Origin: Alphaproteobacteria bacterium
GTDB taxonomy: Bacteria; Pseudomonadota; Alphaproteobacteria; JALCBB01
DNA: 39,759 nucleotides
NCBI GenBank assembly: GCA_028066985.1
Contig: JALCBB010000003.1
Span: 1 to 39,759 of the forward strand
Direction of reading: 5' to 3'
The notes beneath the pieces are model-generated. The model did no database searches. It was not told where the DNA came from and saw only the letters and a list, made by a program, of their open reading frames with translations. Below, piece after piece: positions 7,097 through 16,217 of the stretch (within the stretch, counting starts at the first letter, position 1; each line of letters opens with the position of its first letter). The position numbers and the translations under genes are program-made.

Positions 7097-8479
7097 TTAC
7101 TTTTTTTTGCGGGAGCGGCGGGCCGCGGCGCCGTTTTCGGTCATTGAGGTCTCTGCGCGGGCGACAGCAAGCGCATCATCAGGAACATCATCCGTAATTA
7201 CACTCCCGGCGCCGATAAGCGCCCCTGCGCCAACACTCACCGGCGCAATCAATGCACTGTTAGAACCAATGAACGAACCCGCCCCTATATGCGTCTGATG
7301 TTTGCTGAAGCCGTCATAGTTGCAGGTCACCACTCCCGCGCCAATGTTCACATCGTCGCCGACAACACTGTCGCCAATATACGAAAAATGTCCCGCCCGA
7401 ACTCCATCACCCAAACGCGACGCCTTCACCTCCGCAAAATTACCAACACGCACACCCTCGCCAAGCACCGTACCAGGACGCAAACGCGCAAAGGGTCCCA
7501 CAGAAGCACCCCGCCCGACACGCACTCCCTCTAAATGCGAAAAACTCCGAATGACCGCGCCGCCCTCAACCTCAACCCCAGCCCCAAACCACACCCAAGG
7601 CTCAATACGACAATCCTCCCCCAGACAAGTGTCATGCGACAAAAACACAAACCCCGGCGCCACCAATCCAGCACCGCCCGCCATCGCCGCCGCCCGAAGC
7701 CGGCACTGAATGATCTCCTCCGCCACAGCATGATCCGCGCGCGTGTTCACACCCTGTCCGTCTTCGGCATCACACTCAACAATGCGGGCGCGGCCGCCGT
7801 CGCGCGCCGCGTGAATAATGATGTCCGTCAGAAGAAACTCGCCCTGCCGATTGTCGTCTTTCAGCATAGGGAGATAGCGCGAAAGGTGTCCGACGGTCGT
7901 CACCATCACTCCGCTCCACACAAGCGGAGAAACCGCGTCGCCGTCACGGAGATTCTTTAACTCAACAATGCGCGCGGCATACTCGGAGTCGCTCCCGTCA
8001 AGAACAAAACGGCCATACGCGGCAGGGTCGTCAGGTCTGAAGGCAAGCCACGCCGAGTCCGCATCGCCCCGCATCTCGCGCAACTTCACAAGCGTCTCGC
8101 CGCGGACACACGGAGCATCGCCCACAATCAGAAAAACATCGTCGCCAGGCGCGAGAGTATTCTCAAGTTCAGAAAGCGCGCGGCGGGCGGCGTGTCCCGT
8201 GCCAAGCGGCTCGTCCTGCACGACACTGTTAAAGGTGTCGGCGTCAACAACATCAGAAAGGGCGGCGGCGACACCTTCGCCTTCTCCGTCGGGTGAAATC
8301 ACGGCGAGAACACGCGCCGGCTCAAGAGCAAGCGCGGCGCGGGCAGTCCAGGCGACGACAGGAAGTCCGGCGATGTCAAGCAGAAGTTTGGAGCGGGACG
8401 CGCGGATGCGCCGGCTGCGTCCCGCCGCAAGCAGGACAACACCGGCGCGCGGCAGTGACTCGGCAGAAGAAACAGACAT
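7097..8479 (-). CDS. glmU: Bifunctional GlcNAc-1-P uridyltransferase / GlcN-1-P acetyltransferase
   Basis: N-terminal LLAAGRSRR nucleotidyltransferase motif and C-terminal left-handed beta-helix hexapeptide repeats. Start moved to ATG 8479 (MSVSSAE...) because the 41 codons upstream in the ORF track look spurious. Confidence 0.93.
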   Translation of the reverse strand: MSVSSAESLPRAGVVLLAAGRSRRIRASRSKLLLDIAGLPVVAWTARAALALEPARVLAVISPDGEGEGVAAALSDVVDADTFNSVVQDEPLGTGHAARRALSELENTLAPGDDVFLIVGDAPCVRGETLVKLREMRGDADSAWLAFRPDDPAAYGRFVLDGSDSEYAARIVELKNLRDGDAVSPLVWSGVMVTTVGHLSRYLPMLKDDNRQGEFLLTDIIIHAARDGGRARIVECDAEDGQGVNTRADHAVAEEIIQCRLRAAAMAGGAGLVAPGFVFLSHDTCLGEDCRIEPWVWFGAGVEVEGGAVIRSFSHLEGVRVGRGASVGPFARLRPGTVLGEGVRVGNFAEVKASRLGDGVRAGHFSYIGDSVVGDDVNIGAGVVTCNYDGFSKHQTHIGAGSFIGSNSALIAPVSVGAGALIGAGSVITDDVPDDALAVARAETSMTENGAAARRSRKKK

Positions 8480-8550
8480 GGCGACTCGCAAAATGGCTAC
8501 ACACACAGAGTAGACCGAGCCGTCCGCGGGCGCAAGTGAGAAGCGCGGCG

Positions 8551-11500
8551 ATGGGGTATAATCATGACACAGCGCAAACAGCCAAGATGCCGAAGTTTCC
8601 AAACCCTTTCAGAAGGCGGCGCGTCCGCGAAGACGCCGCGCCCGGACGCGTCCGCGGAGGCGTCCGCGGGCGCGGGCGCGCGCGCGGGCGGGCGCGGAGT
8701 TCGGTCTATGTGCTGCGCGCGGCGCTTGAGGTGGTCGCGGTGCTGGCGGTGATCGCGGGCGTGCTGCTCGGCGCGCTCGTGTGGTGGCTTTACGAAAACC
8801 CGCAGGAGTTCACGCTGCTCGGCGGCGGCGTTGAGCGCGCGCTCGGCGCCGCGCTCGGCGGACAGGAGGCGAGCGTTGAGTCGGTGAGCGTGTCGTGGCG
8901 GCGCACGCCGAGTCCGACTTTGTATATTTTCGCGAGCGGCGTTTCGCTGTCGGACGCGGACGGCGCGCTCATCGGGCGGCTTGACGGCGTTGACGGCGTG
9001 CTGTCGCTGCAGGATTTGTTTCGCGGACGCGTTTATGTGTCGGAACTCGGGTTGCGCGGACTGGTTTTGCCGGTGCGTGTCGGACGCGGCACGCTCGGTT
9101 TCGGCGGCGCGGAGAATGATAATGCTTTGACCGGCACGGCAACAGAAACGGCGCCCGAATTTTCTGCCGAAACGGAGACGGAAACGGCGCCTTCATTGTC
9201 TACCGAGACGACAACAGGCACGACACCTTCATTGTCGTCTGAATCGTCAACGACAACGGAAACGGCGGCGCCTTCATTGTCGTCCGAGACGACACCTTCA
9301 TCGTCTACAAGCACGACGACAGAAACGGCGCCTTCATTGTCGTCTGAATCGTCAACAACAACGGAGACGGAAACGGCGGCGCCTTCATTGTCGTCCGAAT
9401 TATCGTCGGAAACGGCGGCGCCTTCATTGTCCCCTTCGCCGTCGCCTGAATCAGTGTCCGAAAATGTGTGGCGCGACAGGTTGCTGTCGCTGTTCCTGTC
9501 GCCGCTCGCCGAAAGCGACCGCGTGGAGGCTTTGCCCGCCCGCGTGTCGCTGCAGGAAATGCGCCTCCTCTTCCTGGACGAGTCCGGCGCCCGCCTCGGC
9601 GCGCCCCTCAACGGCGACATCCTCCTCACCCGCGCAATGGACGACCTCGCCCTGGAAGCAGTCTTCCAGAATCCGGTGGTGTCAGACGACCTGTCATCAT
9701 CCGTGTCGCTGTCCGCGGCCTATCGCCTCGGCGGCGATCCGACAAAAACACTGAAATTTAATTTTTCGGGATTCCGTCCCGATGTGTGGCACGACCTCGC
9801 CGCGTCTCTCTGGACAGCATACTCCGGCAACGCCGGCGCCCTCAACTTCGCGTCAGATGTCGCGCTTCCCCTCGCCGGCGCCGTTGACCTGGAACTGGAA
9901 GCAGGCGCGGCGCGGCAAGTGTCGCTGTCGCTGTCGGGCAGTCCGGGCGAAGTGCGGCTCGGCGCGCTCTACAACGAGCCGCTGCCCGTGCTCGCCTTCG
10001 GAATGTCGCTCAACCTCGCGCGCGAAAACAAAACATGGCAGGGACAACTCGCCGTCACCGACCTCTTCCTCGGCGGCGCGGACGACACCGGCGAACTGCC
10101 CGTCATCGGACTCAACGCGGAACTCTCGGCAAGACCAGGAACATCACTCTCGTTCGCGGGAACACTGAGCGGCGAAGACATGTCCGTGGAATGGCTGACA
10201 CGACTCTGGCCGCGCGCGTATCTGTCGCCGCCGCGCACATGGATTGAAGAACGCGTCTCGCGCGGCACGCTCTCCGACATTAAAAGCGAAATGGCGCTGT
10301 CGTGGTTCGCGCGGTCGCCGTCAACAGGATCGTCTTACGCGACGCTGGACAATCTTGAAGTGGATTTCTCCTTCGCCGATATGGATGTCCTCTACCTTGA
10401 CGACTTTCCGGCGGCGACAAACGCCCGCGGACGCGCGCGCTGGCGGCAGTCAGGAATGGAGTTCCTCATTGACGAAGCGACAAGCGCCGACCTCGCCCTC
10501 GCAGGGTCGGTGCGCCTGGAGCCGAACAACGGCAACTGGCGCGAAACCTGGCTCGCGATTGAAACAAAAACCGAGTCGACACTCGCGGCAGGGCTGGCGT
10601 TCCTGGACATTGACGCGCTCGGCTTTCTGTCGCGCTACGGATTCAACAGCGCCGGCGTCACCGGAACCGCGGACGGCGCGCTGCAAGTGCGTCTGCCGAT
10701 CCGCGGCGATGTCGTCGCCGACGATGTTGAACTCTCGGGCGACTTCGTCCTGCGCGACTACCGATGGCCCGGCATCGTCTCGGGAATGGACCTGAGCGGC
10801 GGCGAGGCGCGCGTCTCGTACGGCGGCGGCTCTCTGCGCGCCGAGGGCGACGCCCTGCTCGGCGCCGACACCGAAGTGCGCTTCCTCTGGAACCGCGAAC
10901 TGCGCGCGGACGGCGCGACACACCTGGAAGCCGAAACGCCCGCGCTGCGAGTCTCAGACCTGCGGCGGTTCGGACTGCCGCCGTCCGACAGAATCGCGGG
11001 AAGCATCGGCGGCGCGATTGACCTCGTCTCGCGCGGCGACACCGTGGAGGCCGCGCTTGACCTCGACCTGCGCGATGTGTCGCTGTCGCTGCCCGAAATC
11101 GCATGGAGCAAACCGCGCGGCGCGATGGCGAGCGCGCGGCTGCGTACCGAGTCGCGCGGCAGCGTGATGCGAAGTCTGCGCGTGGAGTCGTTCGGCGGCA
11201 TCAGCGTCCTTGAGGAGGAAGAGGCGGGGTCGGCGCGGAAATTTCTGATTGACGGCGGCGAGATGGCGTTCACGGCGGCGGGCGAGTTGTCGTCCGCGAA
11301 CTTCGCCGCGATTGACCTCGGACGCACGAAGGTCGTCGGGCTGTCGCTCGCGCGCGACGACGACGGCGTCTACGGCGTGCGCGCCGAACGCGTGGAAGAA
11401 TTACGCATCGGACGCGGCGACTCGGGCGCGCGGCTGTCGCTGGCGTCGGGCGGCAACGGCGACGACAGCGAGACGGCGGAAACAGAAACAGAAACGGCGC

Positions 11501-12438
11501 CGGCTTCGGAAGAGCCGGAAACGGCGACGGAGACAGCGCCGGAGGAGGCGACGGAAAAGACCGCGTTTCGCGTGTCGTTCACGGAGATCGGTCGCTTGTA
11601 TTTCGGCGAGGACGCCTGGCTGGAGGGCGTGACCCTGGATATTCACCGTGATCGCGACGGCGGCTTTCGGCGCATCTATCTGGAGGGCAGTTTCGCGGAG
11701 TCGGAACTGGACGAGGGCGGCGGTTTCGGCGGCGAGGGGATTCCGAGTTACGGGACGGTGCGTTTGTCGTACGGCGAGGACGAGGGCGGCGCGTGGGTCG
11801 CGTATGTCGGGGTGAATCCGCTGGGCGCGGGGTTGCGGGCGTTCGGGCTGACGGGCGGCGTGTCGGGCGGATATCTGGTGGGGGAGGGCGCGAGCGAGGC
11901 GGCGTGGCCCTTGTCGCCGTTGCTGCTGCGTTTTGAGGGCGGGGATTTTGTGTTGAGCGAGGTGAATTTTTTCGTTCAGTTGTTGTCGCTGGTTTCGGTG
12001 ACGGGGGCGATTGAGTCGCTGGTGGGGCAGGGCGTGAGTTTCGGAAATTTGACGGCCGAGTTTTCGCTGGACTCGGACGAGATTGTGGTGCGCGACTTTT
12101 TCATGTCGGGCGAGCGACTGGGGGTGAGCGCGTCGGGGCGGACGGGGTTGCGCGGCGAGGGGACGGAGATTCAGGGGGCGGTGGTGCCGGCGTATATATT
12201 TAATGCGTTACTGGCGCGGATTCCGCTGATCGGGACATTGTTGTCGGGGGGCGAGGAGCGGGAGGGTTTGTTCGCGGTTAATTATGAGGCGCGGGGGAGG
12301 CTGTCGGATCCGGAGGTATCGGTTAATCCGCTGTCGGTGATATCGCCGGGTTTCGTGCGGCGGTTGTTTGGCGGGGGCGCCCGTCCGCCGGAGGATGTGG
12401 AGGAGGAGCCGATTCAGTTGCCCGCCCCCCCCGAATAG
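8551..12438 (+). CDS. AsmA/YhdP-like (DUF3971-type) large envelope protein with low-complexity insertions
   Basis: Basic N-terminus plus one TM helix (VVAVLAVIAGVLLGALVWWL), a long beta-rich body and an AsmA-like C-terminus (...YEARGRLSDPEVSVNPLSVISPGFVRRLF). Start is ATG 8551 or 8587; the upstream part of the track ORF overlaps glmU antisense. Confidence 0.7.
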   Translation: MGYNHDTAQTAKMPKFPNPFRRRRVREDAAPGRVRGGVRGRGRARGRARSSVYVLRAALEVVAVLAVIAGVLLGALVWWLYENPQEFTLLGGGVERALGAALGGQEASVESVSVSWRRTPSPTLYIFASGVSLSDADGALIGRLDGVDGVLSLQDLFRGRVYVSELGLRGLVLPVRVGRGTLGFGGAENDNALTGTATETAPEFSAETETETAPSLSTETTTGTTPSLSSESSTTTETAAPSLSSETTPSSSTSTTTETAPSLSSESSTTTETETAAPSLSSELSSETAAPSLSPSPSPESVSENVWRDRLLSLFLSPLAESDRVEALPARVSLQEMRLLFLDESGARLGAPLNGDILLTRAMDDLALEAVFQNPVVSDDLSSSVSLSAAYRLGGDPTKTLKFNFSGFRPDVWHDLAASLWTAYSGNAGALNFASDVALPLAGAVDLELEAGAARQVSLSLSGSPGEVRLGALYNEPLPVLAFGMSLNLARENKTWQGQLAVTDLFLGGADDTGELPVIGLNAELSARPGTSLSFAGTLSGEDMSVEWLTRLWPRAYLSPPRTWIEERVSRGTLSDIKSEMALSWFARSPSTGSSYATLDNLEVDFSFADMDVLYLDDFPAATNARGRARWRQSGMEFLIDEATSADLALAGSVRLEPNNGNWRETWLAIETKTESTLAAGLAFLDIDALGFLSRYGFNSAGVTGTADGALQVRLPIRGDVVADDVELSGDFVLRDYRWPGIVSGMDLSGGEARVSYGGGSLRAEGDALLGADTEVRFLWNRELRADGATHLEAETPALRVSDLRRFGLPPSDRIAGSIGGAIDLVSRGDTVEAALDLDLRDVSLSLPEIAWSKPRGAMASARLRTESRGSVMRSLRVESFGGISVLEEEEAGSARKFLIDGGEMAFTAAGELSSANFAAIDLGRTKVVGLSLARDDDGVYGVRAERVEELRIGRGDSGARLSLASGGNGDDSETAETETETAPASEEPETATETAPEEATEKTAFRVSFTEIGRLYFGEDAWLEGVTLDIHRDRDGGFRRIYLEGSFAESELDEGGGFGGEGIPSYGTVRLSYGEDEGGAWVAYVGVNPLGAGLRAFGLTGGVSGGYLVGEGASEAAWPLSPLLLRFEGGDFVLSEVNFFVQLLSLVSVTGAIESLVGQGVSFGNLTAEFSLDSDEIVVRDFFMSGERLGVSASGRTGLRGEGTEIQGAVVPAYIFNALLARIPLIGTLLSGGEEREGLFAVNYEARGRLSDPEVSVNPLSVISPGFVRRLFGGGARPPEDVEEEPIQLPAPPE
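9141..9455 (+). repeat. In-frame degenerate tandem array with 7 copies of CCTTCAT(T/C)GTC, translated as (T/A)APSLS(S/T) repeats
   Basis: Copies at 9190-9200, 9226-9236, 9271-9281, 9295-9305, 9331-9341, 9382-9392 and 9421-9431, embedded in ACGGCG/GAAACG-rich spacers. The protein reads TETAPSLSTE..TTPSLSSE..AAPSLSSE... Confidence 0.9.
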
Positions 12439-12799
12439 GGACACTTTAATTAAAAGACAAACGAAGCACTGCCCTTGGCATTAGTGAGAGTTAAATTCAG
12501 ACATTCACGATGTTGGCTCAAGCGAACCGCACCCACTGCCGCCCGCAGGCGCTGCCTGCAAAAAAAATTAAATTAAGAAGAAAACAATTTATTTAATTAA
12601 CACCATTAATTGTCTATGTTAACAAGAGAAGAATTTATTTAATTGACCCCTTAAATAGTCAATAAATTATTATTTATTTTTTTTGCGGGCTAGCCCGCAC
12701 CCATCTGCTGGCATCGTTCGCTTGAGCCGGCATCGTGAATGTCTTAGTCAAACTCCCGCTAATGCCAGAAGCCGCCCTTTGTTGTCTCTTTTTTAATTA
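12439..12799. repeat. Composite palindromic intergenic element, copy E4 (complete)
   Basis: TTAATTAAAAGACAAACGAAG follows 9 nt after the asmA-like stop. Then the left arm, hairpin GCAGGCGCTGCCTGC (12545-12559), A-run, AT-rich core, T-run and hairpin GCGGGCTAGCCCGC (12685-12698). The right arm ends CTAATGCCAG, followed by CTTTGTTGTCTCTTTTTTAATTA. Confidence 0.9.
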
Positions 12800-12847
12800 T
12801 CTCCCCGCCGCTTGCGTCCGGCAACGGCGCGTAGTATTCTCAATGCC

Positions 12848-12952
12848 AGCATCTACTCAGTTTATTTGTGGGAAAGGTCCGTCGGGCCTTCCACCAAATA
12901 AAACACCCTAACGGGGAATAAGTGGAATCTTTCCCACTTCTGGGTAGATGCT
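12848..12952 (+). other. Candidate structured RNA or 5' leader (three-way junction) upstream of the Sel1 lipoprotein gene
   Basis: A 13-bp closing helix AGCATCTACTCAG (12848-12860) / CTGGGTAGATGCT (12940-12952, one G-U). It encloses a ~20-bp imperfect hairpin (12861-12902, GTCG loop) and a 6-bp hairpin AAGTGG..CCACTT (12920-12939). No known RNA family recognised. Confidence 0.3.
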
Positions 12953-13013
12953 AAAGACCCGGCATCTCATATGTCGGCGTCTCCATCAGACCGGAAGTGG
13001 AGGAGGTTCCGCC

Positions 13014-13838
13014 GTGAATATTCCAGTCCTGAAAACAGTTTTTGTCCTCGCCATCGCCCTGCTGTCGTCCTGCGCCGCGCCCTCCGCCGACTTCGAAAAA
13101 GCGAAAAACGCCCTCGCCGAAAAAGACTACGCAACCGCCGCCCGCGAACTTCAGTCCCTCGCCGATCAGGGAAACGCCGAAGCCCGGTCACTTCTGGGAA
13201 CGCTGTATCATGACGGAACGGGCGTTTCCCAAAATTACGAAATCGCCGCGCAACTGCACCGCAGCGCCGCCGAACAGGGAATCGTCGAAGCCATCTACAA
13301 CCTCGGCAACGCCTACGAATACGGACTGGGCGTCCCGCAAAACTGGGAAGAAGCGCTGAGGCTGTACCGGCGCGCCGCCGAGCAGGGGTTCCCCGCCGCG
13401 CAATTCAATCTGGGAACAGCATACGCGAAAGGAGAGGGTGTCCCCTGGAACCCCGAAACGGCGGCGGAATGGTATCGTCGCGCCGCAGAACAGGGACACG
13501 CCAAGGCTCAGCAAAATCTGGGACTGGCATACGCGACAGGAGAAGGCGTTCCTCAAGATCGCGAAATGGCGGCGGAGTGGTTTCGTCGCGCCGCAGAGCA
13601 GGGACTTGTCGAAGCCCAGGCAAGTCTGGGGGGCGCGTATTGTTTCGGCGAGGGCGTCATTCAGAATTACATCTACGCGCATATGTGGCTGAATCTTGCC
13701 GCGTCAAGAGGAAGCGAGGCGGCGGCCGAAAAAAGAGACATCATCACGGACTTGATGACTCCCGAACAGATCGCGGAGGCGCAGAGACTCGCCGCCGAGT
13801 GTCTGAAAAACGACTACAAGGGGTGTTCGCTCCCATAA
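13014..13838 (+). CDS. Sel1-repeat lipoprotein
   Basis: GTG 13014 lies 7 nt after GGAGGAGG. Lipobox LLSSC. Six or more Sel1 repeats (AxxLGxxYxxGxGVxQNxxxAxxWYRRAAEQG). The ORF-track start at 12948 was rejected. Confidence 0.8.
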   Translation: MNIPVLKTVFVLAIALLSSCAAPSADFEKAKNALAEKDYATAARELQSLADQGNAEARSLLGTLYHDGTGVSQNYEIAAQLHRSAAEQGIVEAIYNLGNAYEYGLGVPQNWEEALRLYRRAAEQGFPAAQFNLGTAYAKGEGVPWNPETAAEWYRRAAEQGHAKAQQNLGLAYATGEGVPQDREMAAEWFRRAAEQGLVEAQASLGGAYCFGEGVIQNYIYAHMWLNLAASRGSEAAAEKRDIITDLMTPEQIAEAQRLAAECLKNDYKGCSLP

Positions 13839-14243
13839 TTAAGGCTTCGCCTCTGGACTTGCCATGGCACGATCTTTGGCATTAGTGGGAGTTTGATTTA
13901 GACATTCACGATGCTGGCTCAAGCGAGCGGCACCAACTGATGGGTGCGGGCTAGCCCGCAAAAAATTAAATTAAAAAGAAATTAATTTAATTTTAATTGA
14001 CCCCATTAATTGTCTAATTAATAATTAACAGAATAAATTTCTTTTTAACACATTAATTGTCTATTAATGAAAGGGCAATTGATTTAATTGGCCTCTTAAA
14101 TGGTCAAATTAATTTTTTATTTTTTTTTGCAGGCAGCGCCTGCGGGCATCAGTGGGTGCTGCTCGCTTGAGCGGCTACATTAAGAGTCTAAAATTAAGTC
14201 TCACTAATGCCAAAGATCGCACTTCGTCTGTCTTTAGAATTGG
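13839..14243. repeat. Composite palindromic intergenic element, copy E5 (complete, inverted relative to E3/E4; between convergent sel1 and tyrS)
   Basis: Here the left arm carries GCGGGCTAGCCCGC (13946-13959) and the right arm carries GCAGGCAGCGCCTGC (14129-14143). The AT-rich core has CATTAATTGTCTA boxes. The tyrS stop lies in the terminal TTAATTAA-like motif. Confidence 0.9.
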
Positions 14244-15479
14244 TTAATTAATTTTTAACAAGACATGCTTCTTGCGTCCCAGAGAAACCTGCGCCACACC
14301 ATCATCACCGAAAATTTCGCGCGACAACACATACCCAATATCAGAAATTTTCTCGCCGTTAACACGCACTCCCCCCCCGCGCACCGCACGCCGCGCCTCG
14401 CTGTTAGAAATCGCCAAATCCGCCTCAACTAACGCCGCCACCAGCGTCAAACCCTCCCCAACCTCATAAACCGCAAGACCAGCATCCACCCCTCCCTCAA
14501 CAAAAATTCGCTCCGCCACCTCGCGCGCACCCCGCGCCGCATCTCCCCCATGACACAACGCCGTCACATTGTCCGCAAGCACAATCTTCGCATGATTGCG
14601 CTCCCGCCCCCTCAACGCCGCAAGCGACTCAACCTCGCTCATCGGCAACTCCGTAAACAAACTCAAAAAACGCCCCAAATCCTCATCACTCACATTGCGC
14701 CAATACTGCCAAAAATCATTCGGCGACACCTTCCCGCCATCAAGCCACACCGCGCCCGCAGCCGTCTTGCCCATCTTCGCGCCGCCCGATGTCGTCACAA
14801 GCGGCACCGTCAAACCATGCAAACGCGCGCCCCCCAGACGCCGCGACAACTCCACTCCGCAAACAATGTTGCCCCACTGATCCGATCCCCCAACCTGCAG
14901 ACGACAACCCTCGCGCACAGACAACTGCACAAAATCCCACGCCTGCAACACCATGTAATTAAACTCAAGAAATGTCAGCGGCTGCTCGCGCTCCAGACGC
15001 GAACGCACCGAGTCAAACGTCAGCATCCGATTAATCGTGAAATGACCGCCAACCTCGCGCAAAAACGGAATGTACGAAAGCGAATCCAGCCAGTCCGCAT
15101 TGTTGCACATCACCGCAGACGCGGCGCCGTCGCCGTCAAAGTCCAGATAACGCGAAAAAATCGCGCCGAGCGAGGCGGCATTGCGCGCAATGTCTCCCTC
15201 GGAAAGAATCCGGCGAACCTCGTCCTTGCCCGACGGATCGCCAATCTTAGAAGTGCCGCCGCCCAGCAAAACAATCGGACGATGTCCGCCCCTCTGAATC
15301 CACCGCAACGCCATGATCGTTATCAATGAACCCGCATGAAGCGAGTCCGCCGTCGCGTCATAACCGATGTAAGTGGAAAAAACCTCGTCGTCAAACAAAC
15401 GCCGCAACGCCTCGCGGTCGGTGCACTGATGGATGAACCCGCGCTCCGCAAGCACATCAACCGGATTAAATCCGCCCAT
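14244..15479 (-). CDS. tyrS: Tyrosine--tRNA ligase
   Basis: Class I motifs (DSLHAGSL for HIGH, KMGKT for KMSKS) and a C-terminal S4-like domain, 411 aa. Confidence 0.95.
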   Translation of the reverse strand: MGGFNPVDVLAERGFIHQCTDREALRRLFDDEVFSTYIGYDATADSLHAGSLITIMALRWIQRGGHRPIVLLGGGTSKIGDPSGKDEVRRILSEGDIARNAASLGAIFSRYLDFDGDGAASAVMCNNADWLDSLSYIPFLREVGGHFTINRMLTFDSVRSRLEREQPLTFLEFNYMVLQAWDFVQLSVREGCRLQVGGSDQWGNIVCGVELSRRLGGARLHGLTVPLVTTSGGAKMGKTAAGAVWLDGGKVSPNDFWQYWRNVSDEDLGRFLSLFTELPMSEVESLAALRGRERNHAKIVLADNVTALCHGGDAARGAREVAERIFVEGGVDAGLAVYEVGEGLTLVAALVEADLAISNSEARRAVRGGGVRVNGEKISDIGYVLSREIFGDDGVAQVSLGRKKHVLLKIN

Positions 15480-15485
15480 GACAAC

Positions 15486-16217
15486 TCACGACGCCCGCGA
15501 ACGCGACGAAGTCTTCTTCCTGCGCGAAGAACGCGCCGGCGGCTTCTTCTTCTTCGGCTCGGCCGGCGCATGCACAGAACGCACATAACGCTCCACGGCG
15601 CGAATCATCTTGTCCGTGTGATTCGTGAAGAAGTGATCCGCGCCCGGAATGATCTTGTAGACAATTTCAATGTCCTTCGCCTGGACATCCGTCTGCATGT
15701 TGAGTTCCCTGACCCAGTTCCCCACCGAAACAGGATTGGAAAAACGATCCTTGTCGCCCTGCACAACCAGTCCCGACGCCGGACACGGCTGCAAAAACGA
15801 AAAGTCAAACTTGTTCGCAAGCGGCGCAAGAACAATAAAACGATCCACCTCGGGACGCCGCATCAGCAACTGCATCGCCACCCACGCCCCGAACGAAAAT
15901 CCGGCGACCCAGATCGCGGAAGCCTCGGGCGACTGCATCTGCACCCAGTCAAGAACAGCGGCCGCGTCGGAAACCTCGCCGTCGCCGGCGCCCTTCTGTC
16001 CCTCGGAACGCCCGACGCCGCGGAAGTTAAAGCGCAGAACACTGAAGTCATGCTCCGACAACTTCTCGTAAAGACCGTCAACAATAGGACTCTTCATCGT
16101 GAAATCAAGCAGCGGACTCGGATGCATCACAAGCGCGACAGGCGCGCGCGCGACCTGGGCGGGTCTGTATCGCGCCTCAAGGCGTCCGGCGGGACCTGGA
16201 ATGATGACTTCCGGCAT
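15486..16217 (-). CDS. Alpha/beta-fold hydrolase with a basic C-terminal tail
   Basis: GFSFGAW nucleophile elbow (GxSxG) and the RFNFRGVGRSEG motif. Start moved to ATG 16217 (MPEVIIPGP...); the upstream 111 codons overlap the divergent gene region and are Arg/Pro-rich. Confidence 0.75.
   Translation of the reverse strand: MPEVIIPGPAGRLEARYRPAQVARAPVALVMHPSPLLDFTMKSPIVDGLYEKLSEHDFSVLRFNFRGVGRSEGQKGAGDGEVSDAAAVLDWVQMQSPEASAIWVAGFSFGAWVAMQLLMRRPEVDRFIVLAPLANKFDFSFLQPCPASGLVVQGDKDRFSNPVSVGNWVRELNMQTDVQAKDIEIVYKIIPGADHFFTNHTDKMIRAVERYVRSVHAPAEPKKKKPPARSSRRKKTSSRSRAS

Noticed and set aside
7097-7130. The glmU C-terminal ...RRSRKKK* encoded by ACTTTTTTTTGCGGG, resembling the T-run + GCGGG start of an element arm, as evidence that the element rewrote the glmU C-terminus.
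   Set aside because: A short basic Lys-rich tail is common at GlmU C-termini (from memory). The similarity is only ~13 nt of low-complexity sequence.
8480-8602. N-terminal extensions given by the ORF track for glmU (to 8602), the asmA-like gene (from 8293), the hydrolase (to 16550), sel1 (from 12948), res (to 22435) and murQ (to 36057).
   Set aside because: The extensions overlap neighbouring genes or divergent promoter regions and are compositionally aberrant. Internal starts give canonical N-termini or signal peptides, often with an SD.
3961-14243. Integron gene-cassette (attC) interpretation of imperfect palindromes flanking gene blocks.
   Set aside because: The flanked genes are core housekeeping genes (glmS, glmU, tyrS, uvrC) in both orientations. 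The elements are far larger than attC sites and have AT-rich cores. No intI or attI is visible.
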